A stretch of 64,000 bases of DNA. Source: Octopus sinensis. Its lineage: Eukaryota. Where the stretch lies: contig NC_043013.1 in the NCBI RefSeq assembly GCF_006345805.1, positions 38,750,001 through 38,814,000 on the forward strand. The letters are read 5' to 3'. Both the position numbers and the translations under genes were made by a program. This document shows positions 12,596 to 25,043 of this stretch, in pieces; within the stretch, counting starts at the first letter, position 1, and the number at the start of each line of letters is the position of its first letter. Under the pieces are notes generated by a model. The model had not been told where the DNA came from, did not search any database, and saw only the letters and a list, made by a program, of their open reading frames with translations.

Positions 12596-15500
12596 CGATG
12601 GGTTTCTTTCAGTTTCTGTCTACCAAACCTACTCACAAGGCTTTCATCAGCCTGAGGCTATAGTAGAAGGAACTTGCCCAAGGTGCCATGCAGTGGGATG
12701 GAATCCGGAACCATGTGGTTGAGAAGCAAGCTTCTTACCGCACAGCCAATATACAAATTTTTGTACTTAGCTCCATTTGTTCTCTGTGTTGTATTGTCCC
12801 TTTTTTGTTTTGTGTTCAGCCCTTGTGGCTACTACCATTCTGTCCGGTGTACTAACTGTCATGCCAGTATACTAACTGTTATGCTAGCTCACCACCTTAA
12901 TAATAATCCTTACTACTATGGGCACAAGGCCTGAAATTCTGGGTGAGAGGACTAGTCAATTACATCAACTCAAGTGTTTCACTGGTACTTAATTCATCAA
13001 CCCTAAAAGAGCAAAAGGCAAAGTCGACCTCGGCAGAATTTGAACTCAGAACATACCAACAGGCAAAATACCGCTAAGCATTTCGCTTGGTGCACTAACA
13101 ATTCTGCCAGCTCACCGCCTTCTTAATAATAATAACAATAATGATGATGATAATAATAATGATGATCATGATAATGATGATGATTTAGGCACAAAGCCAG
13201 CAATTTGAGGGAGGCAGGGTTAGTTAATACCATTGACTTCAATACAAAAATGATATTTCATTTTGTCAGCCCTGGGGGTGATGAAGGGCTAACTCAATCC
13301 CATGAGGATTAACTTTGTCTTCCATCCCTCAGCGGTTAATAAAATAAAGTAGTAGTAGTAATTACAGGAGAAGGGATCGATTAATCAAAGGTATCAATTT
13401 CCTCCTCCAAGAAAAACAACTGGCCTTGTACCGAAATCAGAAACAACAACAACAACAACAACACTATTGAAAACAATAGTTACATAGTTACACAAACTTT
13501 GAACGTGGAAAGAACTAGCAATGTAAAAAAAAAAACAAAAAGAACAAAATTCATAATTGCAAGTACGTTCAGTCGGCCATGCGTTTATACCTTTCAACAA
13601 ACAACCCCACACAACACCTTTTCAATTTCAAGTTTTCAAAATTCCTCCCAAACTACAGGGCCTCCGTAGTCACCCAGATTAAAAAAAAAAAAGAAAAAAG
13701 AAAAACAGGTTTCCATGCAAGTCAGAATCTGAGATGCAGCCTGAAATACAGATAGATTTTTCACAGGCTTTGTAGCTGCTACTGCTGCCACTACTACTAC
13801 TACTACTATCACCACAACTATTACTACTATGATTACTACAACTACTACTACTAATAATAATACTACTATGGCTTGAGCCAACAAGGGAACCTTTATTATG
13901 CAGTCACTTGACCGGCAAGAAATAGCAGCGAAATCAACTTCAAATCTTGAAAGAAAGAACAAAAAAAACAGAAAAAAAATTTTTAGAAGACACTGGGAAA
14001 TGTAGTGTTGGATACTACTGTGCCTGAATGATTAGAAGTGATCATAAGAGATGGTCACAATTGGAATTACTTCAGATCATATGATTGTGAAATTTGAAAT
14101 GACCCAGGCTTAAACAAACACCAACCACAAACTACTACTACTTCTACTACCACTACCACTACTACTGCTACTACTACTACTACCACCAAGAGACTATTAC
14201 TACTAAAATAAGATCATGTCTTTGGGTAGCACACATGCTTGATTTCCTGACAGGAATATCAGTTGAATAATCTCATTTAACTGTATTTTTAAGTTTTGTA
14301 AAACACAAAACACAAAAAAAAAAACAAGAAAAAAATAGAATAGAAAATAGAGAAAAACAACCTCTACAACCATAGTAGTGGAGGCACATGGCCTAGTGGT
14401 TAGAGCAGCGGACACACAATCGAGGGATCACGGGTTCGAATCTCAGACCAGGTGATGTATGTGTTTATGAGCGAAACACCAAAGCTCCACGCTAATGGTG
14501 AACTTCTGCTGACTCTTTCGCCACAACTCTCTCTCTCACTCTTTCCGCTCGCATCTAGCAGCTCACCTGCGACGGACCGGCGTCCCATCCAGGTGGGGAA
14601 CCTATACGCTAATGAAACTGGGAAACCGGCCCTTATGAGCCACACATGGCTCAAGAAGGAACAAACACCCATAATAAAACTAAGAACTGTTGCAAGTGAG
14701 AGGTGTCAAACGTCTGGATGTTGACCAACTAATGCTGAGCCACCAAAGCAACCTTGGTACAGTCACTTGACCTGGTAGAAATAGGAAGCGAATCTCCCTC
14801 AAAAAGGAAAGGCATTGCACAATGTGGTCCTGGATACAACTGGTCGGAATTATCAGAAGGGATGGTTACAACTGGACTGTCTTTGATCATAAGCACACTG
14901 GATCTGGACTGGCCTTGGGAGGGGTTAAACAACAGCAGCAACTACAGGTGGTGCTGCAACTACTTCTACTGCTACTAACTATTACTACTACTACTACTAC
15001 TACAACTAGTAGTAGTAGTAGTAGTAGTAGAGCCAAAAGACAAACCTCTAAGCAGTCACTCAACTGGCAAGGAGTAGCAGCCAAAAATGTAGAGCTGGAC
15101 ACCATGGTGTTAGAAAAATCCGAAGGGATTAGAAGGGATGGCCACAGTTGGAATTACTTCAAATCGTAGGTCTGCTCAAATCATAAGTGACTCGGGGGTT
15201 TTTAATAAACAGCAACCAGAATCAATAACAACTACTACTACTACTCTAATAATAATAATAATAATAATAATAATGATAATAATAATAATAATAATAGCAA
15301 TAATAATAATAATGATTGCTTTATTAACCACAAGGGTTAATAATAATAATAATAACAATTGTATGTTTAACTAACAAGTTAAAAAAACAATCAACTAATT
15401 GGTTAGATATTTAATTAATTGACTAACAATAGTAAAGAAGTGGAATTGAACCCGTGTGTGTGTTATTGGTGCTATGACTCTCCCAAGACACAACAAAAAT

Positions 15501-15705
15501 AACAATAATAATAATAGAATAAAGATATCCCCACCCACCCCAGTTCATGCCTCATGCAGGAAATGATAAATAATTAAATAAAAATAATAAACAAATAATT
15601 GAATAAAAAAAATTGAATGAAATTAAAAATGATAAATTAGAAAATATGAAATAATCAAATAAAAAAAAAGATGAATATAATTTATATCATTGCCTTAGAG
15701 GATAC

Positions 15706-15807
15706 AATCTGATGTTGATTGGTGGGACTTCGAAGGAGTAATTTGTTCATCTCTTGTCTTTTCTTTCCTTCACGCTCTTGAGCTGCGAATGAAGTCTTTA
15801 ATTCATT
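15706..15807 (-). CDS. FAM92: FAM92-like copy A exon 5 (NELKTSFAAQEREGKKRQEMNKLLLRSPTNQHQI)
   Basis: ttaattgcag acceptor, gtatcctct donor, 102 nt, phase 0. Aligns to DDLKATLTARNREAKQLTQLERTRQRNPSDRHVI (recalled). Confidence 0.88.
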
Positions 15808-17767
15808 CTGCAATTAAGAGGGGATAAAAGGTAAAAAATAAATCTTATGATAATTCTGCTTGTCATTGTGTTACTTAGCCCATCAGTAACACTTTCATAT
15901 GATTAGAGAAAAAGAGAAAGAAAAGAGGGAGGGAGTTGTGAGGCAGAGGGAAGGTAATTGTAAAACTTTCAGATGATTATTTAAAGGAAAAGAGAAGAGA
16001 AAGGAAAACGAGAAAGAAAAAGAGGATAAGGCAAAGTGTGAGACAGAAAGAGGGAGAGAGAAGCATCCATGACAAGAGGTAGGGGGAATGTAATATTCAT
16101 CACATGGTTAAAAAAGTTAGTTGAAAGTAGTGATGGTATAGAGGAGGAGAGTTAAAAATATAATTTTAGCAGAGGGGTGATGTTCTGATGATGAGGTTAA
16201 AGAAAAGCAGAGAGAGAGGGGAGAGAGAGAAGGTGAGAGAGAAAGGGTGACAGAGGAGGGAGAGAGAGAGATGATAGAGGTGGTGGTGGTGATTGGATAG
16301 TGAAAAGTGTATTTTTTTTAATTGAACTAAGTTTTTTAAATCACCTATCACTTAACACATGTGCATAAGTGCAATTGTTTAAGGGAAAAATAGAAAAATA
16401 AGAGTGAACATTTATTTTACAAGTGCTGTGTAGTAAGTTTATAAAATTGGGCATAAAGTATATAAAGTGTATATATAAAATGCCTTAAGTAATCATCGTA
16501 TTCCAATTTCGTTCATTTTTCAATGAGTAGCAGATGAGCAACTATCTTTTTCGATAATGTTTTCAGAAATAACCCAATACGTTTAATTCCGTGAAATACT
16601 AAATATTCAATTTAGTAAATAAATAAAAAAACATGAATAATTTCAAAATTATTTTGAAATTTATCAAGAAATGAGAAAGGAGCCTGCCAACCAGAGAGTA
16701 AATACATTATCCCTTTAACATATCTGGTCCAAATACTCTATCTGTTTTATGCTCAAAGTAGCCAGATCTAGCCTCTCAGACTTAGCCAACAATGCCATTC
16801 TAAAAAATAAACAATCACAAATTCAAAATCTCAAAGCTACAAGATAATGCATGATTAATTCAAAATAATATGACTAAATAAACATTACCTTTGACAGAGC
16901 AATCTGAATGTTAAAAGGTTAAAGCAAGGATCAGCAAAGTGGCTTGTACTGAACCCCTAGGCAGCCTATGAGATATCCAAGGGATCAATAAACACCTAAA
17001 ATGATTTTGAGCATTTAGGGTGCTGAATTATTAGCAAACTAACTCTGGACAAATGCAGAAACTATTTTCCAGGCAAAATATGGATTCACTAACTAGTACT
17101 AACTAAAGGCATACTTCACAAGAAATGTTCCAATGGCTGTGTGGTAAGAAGCTAGCTTCCCAACCACATGGCTCTGGGTTCAGTCCCACTGCGAGACACC
17201 TTGGGCAAGTGTCTTCTACTACAGCCTCGTGAATGGATTTGATAGACAGAAACTGAAAGAAGCCCATCAAATGTGTGTGTGTGTGTGTATACATACATGT
17301 GTCTGTGTGTGTGTGTGTGTGTGGTGTGTGTGTGTGTGTATACATACATGTGTCTGTGTGTGTGTGTGTGTGTGTGTCTTTGTTTGTACCTCATCACCAT
17401 GTGACAACAGGTGTTGATATGTTTACACCTCAATAACTAAGCAGTTCAGCACAAAGTATCCGATAGAATAAGTACTAAGCTTAAAAAATAACTCCCGCAG
17501 TCAATTTACTGACACTAGTAAAAGAATAAAAGAACATAACAATAATATATGACTGAAATTTTATTGTTCTTTATCAATTTTATTCTTTTACTTGTTTCAG
17601 TCATTTGACTGTGGCCATGCTGGAGCACTGCCTTTTAGTTGAGCATATCGATCCCAGGATCGATATGCTCTTTGTAAGCCTAATACTTATTCTATCGGCC
17701 TCTTTCACCGAACCACTAAGTTACGGAGACGTAAACACACCAGCATCGGTTGGGGGGACACACAGAG

Positions 17768-17800
<33 letters not shown>

Positions 17801-20800
17801 CATATACATATATATATATATACATATATGACAGGCTTCTTTCAGTTTTTGTCTATCAAAATCCACTCACAAGGCTTTTGTAGGCCTGAGGCTATAGTGG
17901 AAGACACTTGCCCAAGGTGCCACACAGTGGGACTGAACCTGGAACTATGTGGTTGGTAAGCAAGCTACTTACCACATAGCCACTCCTACGCCTACGCATA
18001 GGAGCGGCTGTTCAGTATTTTCATTAAATTTTGTTAAATAGTTCTTATCGAAAAGTGGTAATGACACAGAAGGACAAAGAAATTATTGTTTTTAAATCAA
18101 GAAATATTTTATTAATTCATCATCATCATTATCATCATTGTTTAACTGTCTGCCTTCCATGTTGGCATGGAGTGGACAGTTTGACAGGAGCTGACCAAAC
18201 TTCTGTGTCTGTTTTGGCATGGTTTTTACAGCTGGATGCCCTTCCTAACACCAACCACCCAACAGAGTGAACAGAATGCTTTTTACATGTCACAAGCACA
18301 GGGGAAGCATAATTTTACTTTCAAAAGAGAAATTCAATGTTATATGCTGGAGGTCAGTAAGTTATCGACATTGCCATAAAGAGATCAATGACATAATTTA
18401 TCTGCTGACCTCTGCATTAAGTGGACACTTAAGTTGATGAAAATGAGTAAAAGGATACACTAATTAGATGAGAAGCCAATCAATCAGGCTATTGATGATT
18501 AACAATTGCTTTGCATTAATGTAATTGAAGAACAGATATGGAAAGATGAAAATGTGACCAGCCAATTAACGTATTACATTTAACGAATACGTTAACAAAA
18601 ATACATAAACACATGTAAGTGAGATGAGACAGAACCAAGCCAATCAAGCTGTTTAATTAATGAGGGTTTGACATGAATAAAAATTAACAGACAGACAGAC
18701 ATCAGAGATAAGAAAGAGACTGGCCAGTTAAAGTGCTACATTTAATGAATGCTTACATTAATGAAAATGAGTGAATAAATACAGGTAAGATGAGAAAGAG
18801 GCCAGCCGATCAAGCAATTAAATTAATGACTGGTAGATATTAATTACTTGCACATTCATTTTTTGCTAGTGTATTTAATGAACAGTTACATTAACAAACA
18901 TGAATAGTCACACAGATCAATCCTTATTGCAGTGTGGGGGCTTGCACCACCTGACTAGCACCTGCACCGGTGGCATGTAAAAGGCACCATTTGAGTATGG
19001 TTGATGCCACTGCCACTTTCTCAAGTCATGTCAACTCATAAGGGCCAGATTCTCAGTTTCATGGCGTTTAAATTCCCCACCTGGATGGGACGTTTGTCCA
19101 TCGTATGATTATTCATTTTCGCCAGCTGAGTGGATAGGAGCAATATGAAATGAAGTGTTTTGCTCAAGAACACAACATGTTGCCCGGTCCAGGAATCGAA
19201 ACAACAATCTTACAATCATGAATCCAACACCTTAACCACTAAGCCTCATACTTGAGAAGTATGCTAGCCGAATGCAAGCCTCATAGGGCTTCCCATGCTG
19301 GACAGGTCAAAGGATAGAGACAAGAGTAATATGGAACACCTCTTCCCAGAGGTGAAAATGGGTTCATGTAAGACCAACACCTTTACCTAGAAAAGAAAGC
19401 AAAGTCACATGCATTGATGATAATTCAAAACTAACACAACTTGGGACAGGAAGGTCTTCCTTCTGGGAAACATATGACATAGGGCAACAAAATCTGAAAT
19501 GAAGCTGCATGGAAAAAGCAGGGATCCAACTGACCAGAAGCAGAAAAGACAGACTCAAATCAAGAACAGCAGTGGAAAGTTGTCAATGGCCTATTCTCCA
19601 CAGGGTAGGAAGGGTTCAATCATAATCATCACACCAGCAAATATGAATGAACACATACATAAGTGAAATGCAAAAGAGGCTTGGCAATGAGTGAATTATA
19701 CAAGGGGGTGCTGGAAAGTTCCTGGCTTTAAGGGTGTTCCGAGGTTTTTTACAGGGCTTAGAAAAATTGAAGGACCGCTGCAATAAGTGTGTGAATATGT
19801 TGAATGAAATCATAATTAACTGACCCTCCTCTATTTTCTTCTACCCCAAACCAGGAACTTTTCAGAACCCCTTTGTATTTAATGAACACTTGCATTAATA
19901 AAAAGATGACAATGTTAAATTCAACTTATCAGGGCATTATATTAACGTCTGCTTTCCATGCTGGCATGGGTTGGACAGCTTGACTGATAACTGTCAAGCC
20001 AGGAAGCTGCACCAGGCTCCAGTCTGATCTGGCAAGGTTTCTACAGCTGGATGCCCTTCCTAACACCAACCACTCTGAGAGTGTAGAGGGTGCTTTTTAC
20101 ATGCCACTGGCATGAGGGCCAGTCAGGTGGCACTGGCATCAACCACACTCAAATGGTGTATTTTATGTGCCATTTGCATGGGAGCCACTCAGGCAACACT
20201 GGCATTGACCACACTCAAATGGTGCTTTTTATATGCGACCAGAACAGGAGTCAGTCAGGAAGCAGTGGTATTAACCACACTCAAATGGTGCTTTTTACAT
20301 GCCACCGGCACAGGTACTAGTCAGGCGGTACTGGCATCAGCCATGACAATTTAACTTGAGTCAACAGGTCTTCTCAAGCACAGCATATTGCCTGATGATT
20401 GAAGGGCCAGTTACGCGACACTGGCATAAGCCAAAAATCTGTAAAGAGAAAGCAGACAAATGAAACGATAAAAAAAGGGGTAACCAGTTAGAATATTACT
20501 TTGGTTTTTAGCAGGACAACCAAAGTAATGATATTCTATATTGCTATGGACCTGTCAGAATATAATTGCTTCACTTGTATGAAGTGAGGATTTGAGCTAA
20601 TGACGGTGGTGGTGGTGGTGGTGTTGATGATGACAAGTATTATCACACTAGAGGGGACCACTGAATACATACATAGAAGTGGCTGTGTGACTGAAATGTG
20701 AGCTTCCCAACCACATGGTTCTGGGTTCAGTCCCACTGCATGGCACCTTGGGCACCCCTAGCTGACTAAAATTTTGTGAGTGGATTTGGTAGATGAAAAC

Positions 20801-21283
20801 CAAAAGAAGTCAGCACCCATACCAGTGACAGGTAAAAGTCACCTGTGCCGGTGACACATAAAGGGCACCCGTTCACCAAGGCACACTAAATCATTTGGGA
20901 GTGTTTCTTTCAATACATCACCAACTGATCCCCATATGGTGGGGAGAGGGAGAAAGAGGAATTTACTTCATAATTTCTTAAAGACATGATACTGGAACTA
21001 AACACTAACTCTTCAGATTACTCAACCAGCACCACAATCACCACCACCACCACTATCAAACTACAGTGACTGAGGAAGAATTTCTTTAATTCAATTCAGA
21101 TTAATACTTACTGCATTAGATATACAACTAGTAAATTGAGTTGGACAAGACTTATTCAGGCAATGATCAGATGCCCTTTTTATAACTGCCCCTTACTTGT
21201 TTCTCAATCAACCTTTGCATGACATTTTAAAATACACAGACTCTGTTTCAATTAAATTTGAAAAAATTTAATTGAAACAGGAG

Positions 21284-21451
21284 TGGCTGTGTGGTAAGTA
21301 GCTTGCTTACCAACCACATGGTTCAGGGTTCAGTCCCACTGCGTGGCACCTTGGGCAAGTGTCTTCTACTATAGCCTCGGGCCGACCAAAGCCTTGTGAG
21401 TGGATTTGGTAGACGGAAACTAAAAGAAGCCTGTCGTATATATGTATATAT

Positions 21452-21482
<31 letters not shown>

Positions 21483-21725
21483 TATGTGTATGTATGTGTG
21501 TGCATATATTTGTGTATCTGTGTTTGTCCCCCCAACATCGCTTGACAACCGATGCTGGTGTGTTTATGTCCCTGTAACTTAGCGGTTCGGCATAAGAGAC
21601 TGATAGAATAAGTACTAGGCTTACAAAGAATAAGTCCTGGGGTCGATTAGCCCGTCTAAAGGCAGCGCTCCAGCATGGCCACAGTCAAATGACTCAAACA
21701 AATAAAAGAATAAAAGAAGAATAAA
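21284..21725 (+). mobile_element. tRNA-derived CORE-type SINE with internal (TA)n(TG)n tract (octopus OK/OR-like); representative copy
   Basis: Head ggagtggctgtgtggtaag...ggttcagtcccactg, core ccttgggcaagtgtctt, tail gactgaaacaagtaaaagag. Other copies at ~40270-40700, 46440-46915, 47131-47575, 59090-59535. Family name from memory. Confidence 0.8.
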
Positions 21726-22665
21726 GACAGTTTTTAATTTAGAACTCATTCAATCATCATCATCGTCTTCGCCATTATCATTTAAGGCTGAGTCGATTAC
21801 ATTGACCCCAGTACTTGACAGATACTTAATTTTACCGACCCCAAAAGGACGAAAGGTAAAGTTGACCTTGATGGAATTTGAATTCCAGATTGTAAAGAGC
21901 TAGAAGAAATATCGCTAAACATTTTGTTCAGCACACTAATGATTCTTATTTCTTTACTGCCCACAAGGAGCTACACACAGAGGGGACAAACAAGGACAGA
22001 CAAATGGATTAAGTCGATTATATCGACACCAGTGCGTAACTGGTACCCCAAAAGGATGAAAGGCAAAGTCGACATCGGCGGAATTTGAACTCAGAAGATA
22101 ATGGCAGACGAAATACCGCTAAGCATTTCGCCTGGCATGCTAACGATTCTGCCAGCTCGCCACCAGCTGACAGCACACTAATGATTCTGTCAGCTCATCA
22201 CCTTTTTCCATGCTGGAATGGGTTGAACAGTTCAATATGAACAGATGAGCTAGAGGGCTATGCTGTGTTCCAATATCAACCACTTCACAATGTGTACAAG
22301 GTGCTTTTTTTCTTTTTTTGTGGCACCAGCACTGGTGTGGCCACTAAGTACTTACAAGACAAGAGCCCTCAACTAAGTAAGGGTATAGAATTCAAGGATG
22401 AGAAAGATAGTGGGACAGGAGCAGGTGTGTGTAGCTGACAAGAGAGAGAAAGAGAGACATAGACAGACAGATGGACAGCCAGACAGACAGGGATGTGAGG
22501 TCAAGGTACAAAGTAAATATGAAGACGAATAGGATAGAGAAACAGAGGAACAGAAAAAGTGAACGGGTTGGTAAGTTTGCTAGAGTGAGAATAGCGTGAC
22601 AGATGATTAGAGAAAGGGAATGATTTGGGTGCAGAGATGCTTATTGGAGTTAGGGAACAGCTTAC

Positions 22666-22734
22666 CTTCTTTTGTTTACACTTGGGCCCATAATCAGAGA
22701 GAAGTCTCAAGACATTGGCATCAAGGCGTTGCAC
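22666..22734 (-). CDS. FAM92: FAM92-like copy A exon 4 (VQRLDANVLRLLSDYGPKCKQKK)
   Basis: gatttcag acceptor, gtaagc donor, 69 nt, phase 0. Equivalent to VERLEAKVVEPLKTYGTIVKMKR of human FAM92A (recalled). Confidence 0.92.
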
Positions 22735-24555
22735 CTGAAATCAACAATTTGTAAATGGAAATCACTTTTTTTAAAGCTAGGTGAGTTACGTTGTTAGTTG
22801 TTTTGTAATTGTCATAAATATTAGGGAGTTTAGTTAACAGAATGTTACCCTTATTGCTGAAGAAGCTTTTATGACTAGGCAAAGTGAGAAGAGGAAGTGA
22901 AATGGAAATATGTCAATCAAAACGATACGATCACATGATCAATCAGGTGATTAATGACTCATTTTTGTTGGATGAAGGATCACAAGCTTTGAGGAACTAT
23001 GAGCAACTACAAAGTGAATTAACAGTTTTAAATAAATATGAATACAAATAAACTCTATTACATACACAGAGTACTTAATTCTTGGCACCCGGCAGATGCC
23101 AGGACCCCTGGACTGGAGATACGTAAAAAGCACTATCCGAATCGTGGCCGATGCCAGCGCCGCCTCGACTGGCTTCCGTGTCGGTGGCACATAAAATGCA
23201 CCAATCTGACCGTGGCCGATGCCAGCCTCGCCTGGCACCAGTGCATGTGGCACGTAAAAAGCACCCACTACACTCATAGAGTGGTTGGCGTTAGGAAGGG
23301 CATCCAGCTGTAGAAACATTGCCAGATAAGACCGGAGCCTGGTGCAGCCTTCTGGCTTTCCAGATCCCCGGTCGAACCGTCCAACCCATGCTAGCATGGA
23401 GAACGGACGTTAAACGATGATGATGATGATGAAGTATATGTGTGGTGGCCATGGTGGAGCTGACAGTTGATCAGCCACTCCTGCGCCTATGTGCATGTGT
23501 ATATATATATATATATAAATAAAATATTTTGTTCTTGACATTAGCAGCCGGTCATGTTGCAAAGGTATTGGTCTACCAGCTGAAGAGTCAGAACCTGATT
23601 TTATTTAATACCTTTGGGGCTAAACTATATCCTCGGCAAAAGTGCCAAAGTCTCAAACTGGCCATTCCACCAAGATGTAAATCGGTATTGCAAGGTGGAA
23701 TGTTCCAGTGACATAAGCAAAAAACACTGTAATACTAAATATTTCATCACCTTACAAGGTCCCCTTCCAGAGACATATAGAGAGCTTCAATGAGCAAAAC
23801 TTAACAAGGGATTTTACATATAATTCCTTGATCCGCTAGAAATAGCAGTATAATCTTCTCTAACCCTTTAGCGTTCAAACAAGCCATATCTGGCTAAAAT
23901 ATTCTACCTACATGTTTGATGTTCTAGTGGGCCAGGTACAGCCTCTCACACATACCCTACAACGTCATTCTTAAAAAAATAAACAATCGCATCATAGAAA
24001 CCTTGATGCTACAAAATAACATATGATTGATTGAAAACAATGCACTTAGTCCACACTGTTAAGTGGTTGGCATTCGGAAGAGCATCCAGTCATGAAAACT
24101 ATGCCAAAACAGACCTTGCTGGTGCTGGGCCGAGTAAAAAGCACCCAGTCCACTCTGTAAAGTGGTTGGTGTTGGGAAGAGCATCCAGCTGTAAAAGCCT
24201 TGCCAAAACAGTGGAGCTTGGTGCAGTCCTCTAGGTTGCCTAATCTTGTCAAACTGTCCAACCCATGCCAGCATGGAAGATGGACATTAAATGATGATGA
24301 TGAATAAATAAGCATTGCATTTAAGACAGGAATCTGAATGTTAAAGGGTTAAATCCTACCCAACCATTTCAAGAGAAGGAGGAGGCATTGGCTATTATAG
24401 TACCAGATGGAGTATGAAAAGACAAAACTGGAACATCTTTGACCATAAACCTTCTAGGAAGATAGCTGGACACAAAATAACAACAACAACAACAACTACA
24501 ACATCTTCAATAACGGAAATTATGTTTCCACAAACAAATCAAAAATGCATCTTAC

Positions 24556-24680
24556 CTCAGCCTGCCGATAATCTTGAATTGTGGACAAATTCTCGGCAAA
24601 AGTCGTGAGACATTTCTTGGAAGAGGGGTTCAAGGTTTCTTTGTCTACGTATTTGACAATCAGCTGCGATATTTCATCAC
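24556..24680 (-). CDS. FAM92: FAM92-like copy A exon 3 (GDEISQLIVKYVDKETLNPSSKKCLTTFAENLSTIQDYRQAE)
   Basis: tttgaaag acceptor, gtaaga donor, 125 nt, phase-compatible with exon 2. Contains the conserved FA..L..IQDYRQAE motif. Confidence 0.92.
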
Positions 24681-24840
24681 CTTTCAAAAGTAAACAGCCA
24701 TTTTTGGGAATTTGAAAGCCACATATAATTTAACTTTCCATAATTACTCCCATTTTAGAGTCTCGGTCATTGGACTGGATATATATATACTTCAATTTAG
24801 GGAACCACAGCATGTTGTGTGTGTGTATATATATATATAA

Positions 24841-24872
<32 letters not shown>

Positions 24873-25043
24873 AATGATAATAATAATAATAATAATATGA
24901 GGGAATATTATACCAAGCTTACATGGAAAAATTCAATTTAGAAATACTAAATCAAATTTCAACAAATCAACCCGTGCTCCTCCGACCAACTCATGCTAGC
25001 ACGGAAAACGGACGTTAAATGATGATGATGATGATAATATATA

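Noticed and set aside
20085-20345. Array of ~50-bp repeats (ggtgcttttta...) resembling a CRISPR or a repeat protein
   Set aside because: Units are contiguous internal repeats of a dispersed element found throughout the window; no unique spacers, no cas genes, eukaryotic context.
24414-24608. Conserved ORF pair 24414..24608 / 53351..53545
   Set aside because: Conserved only because it lies in the duplication, antisense to FAM92 exon 3.
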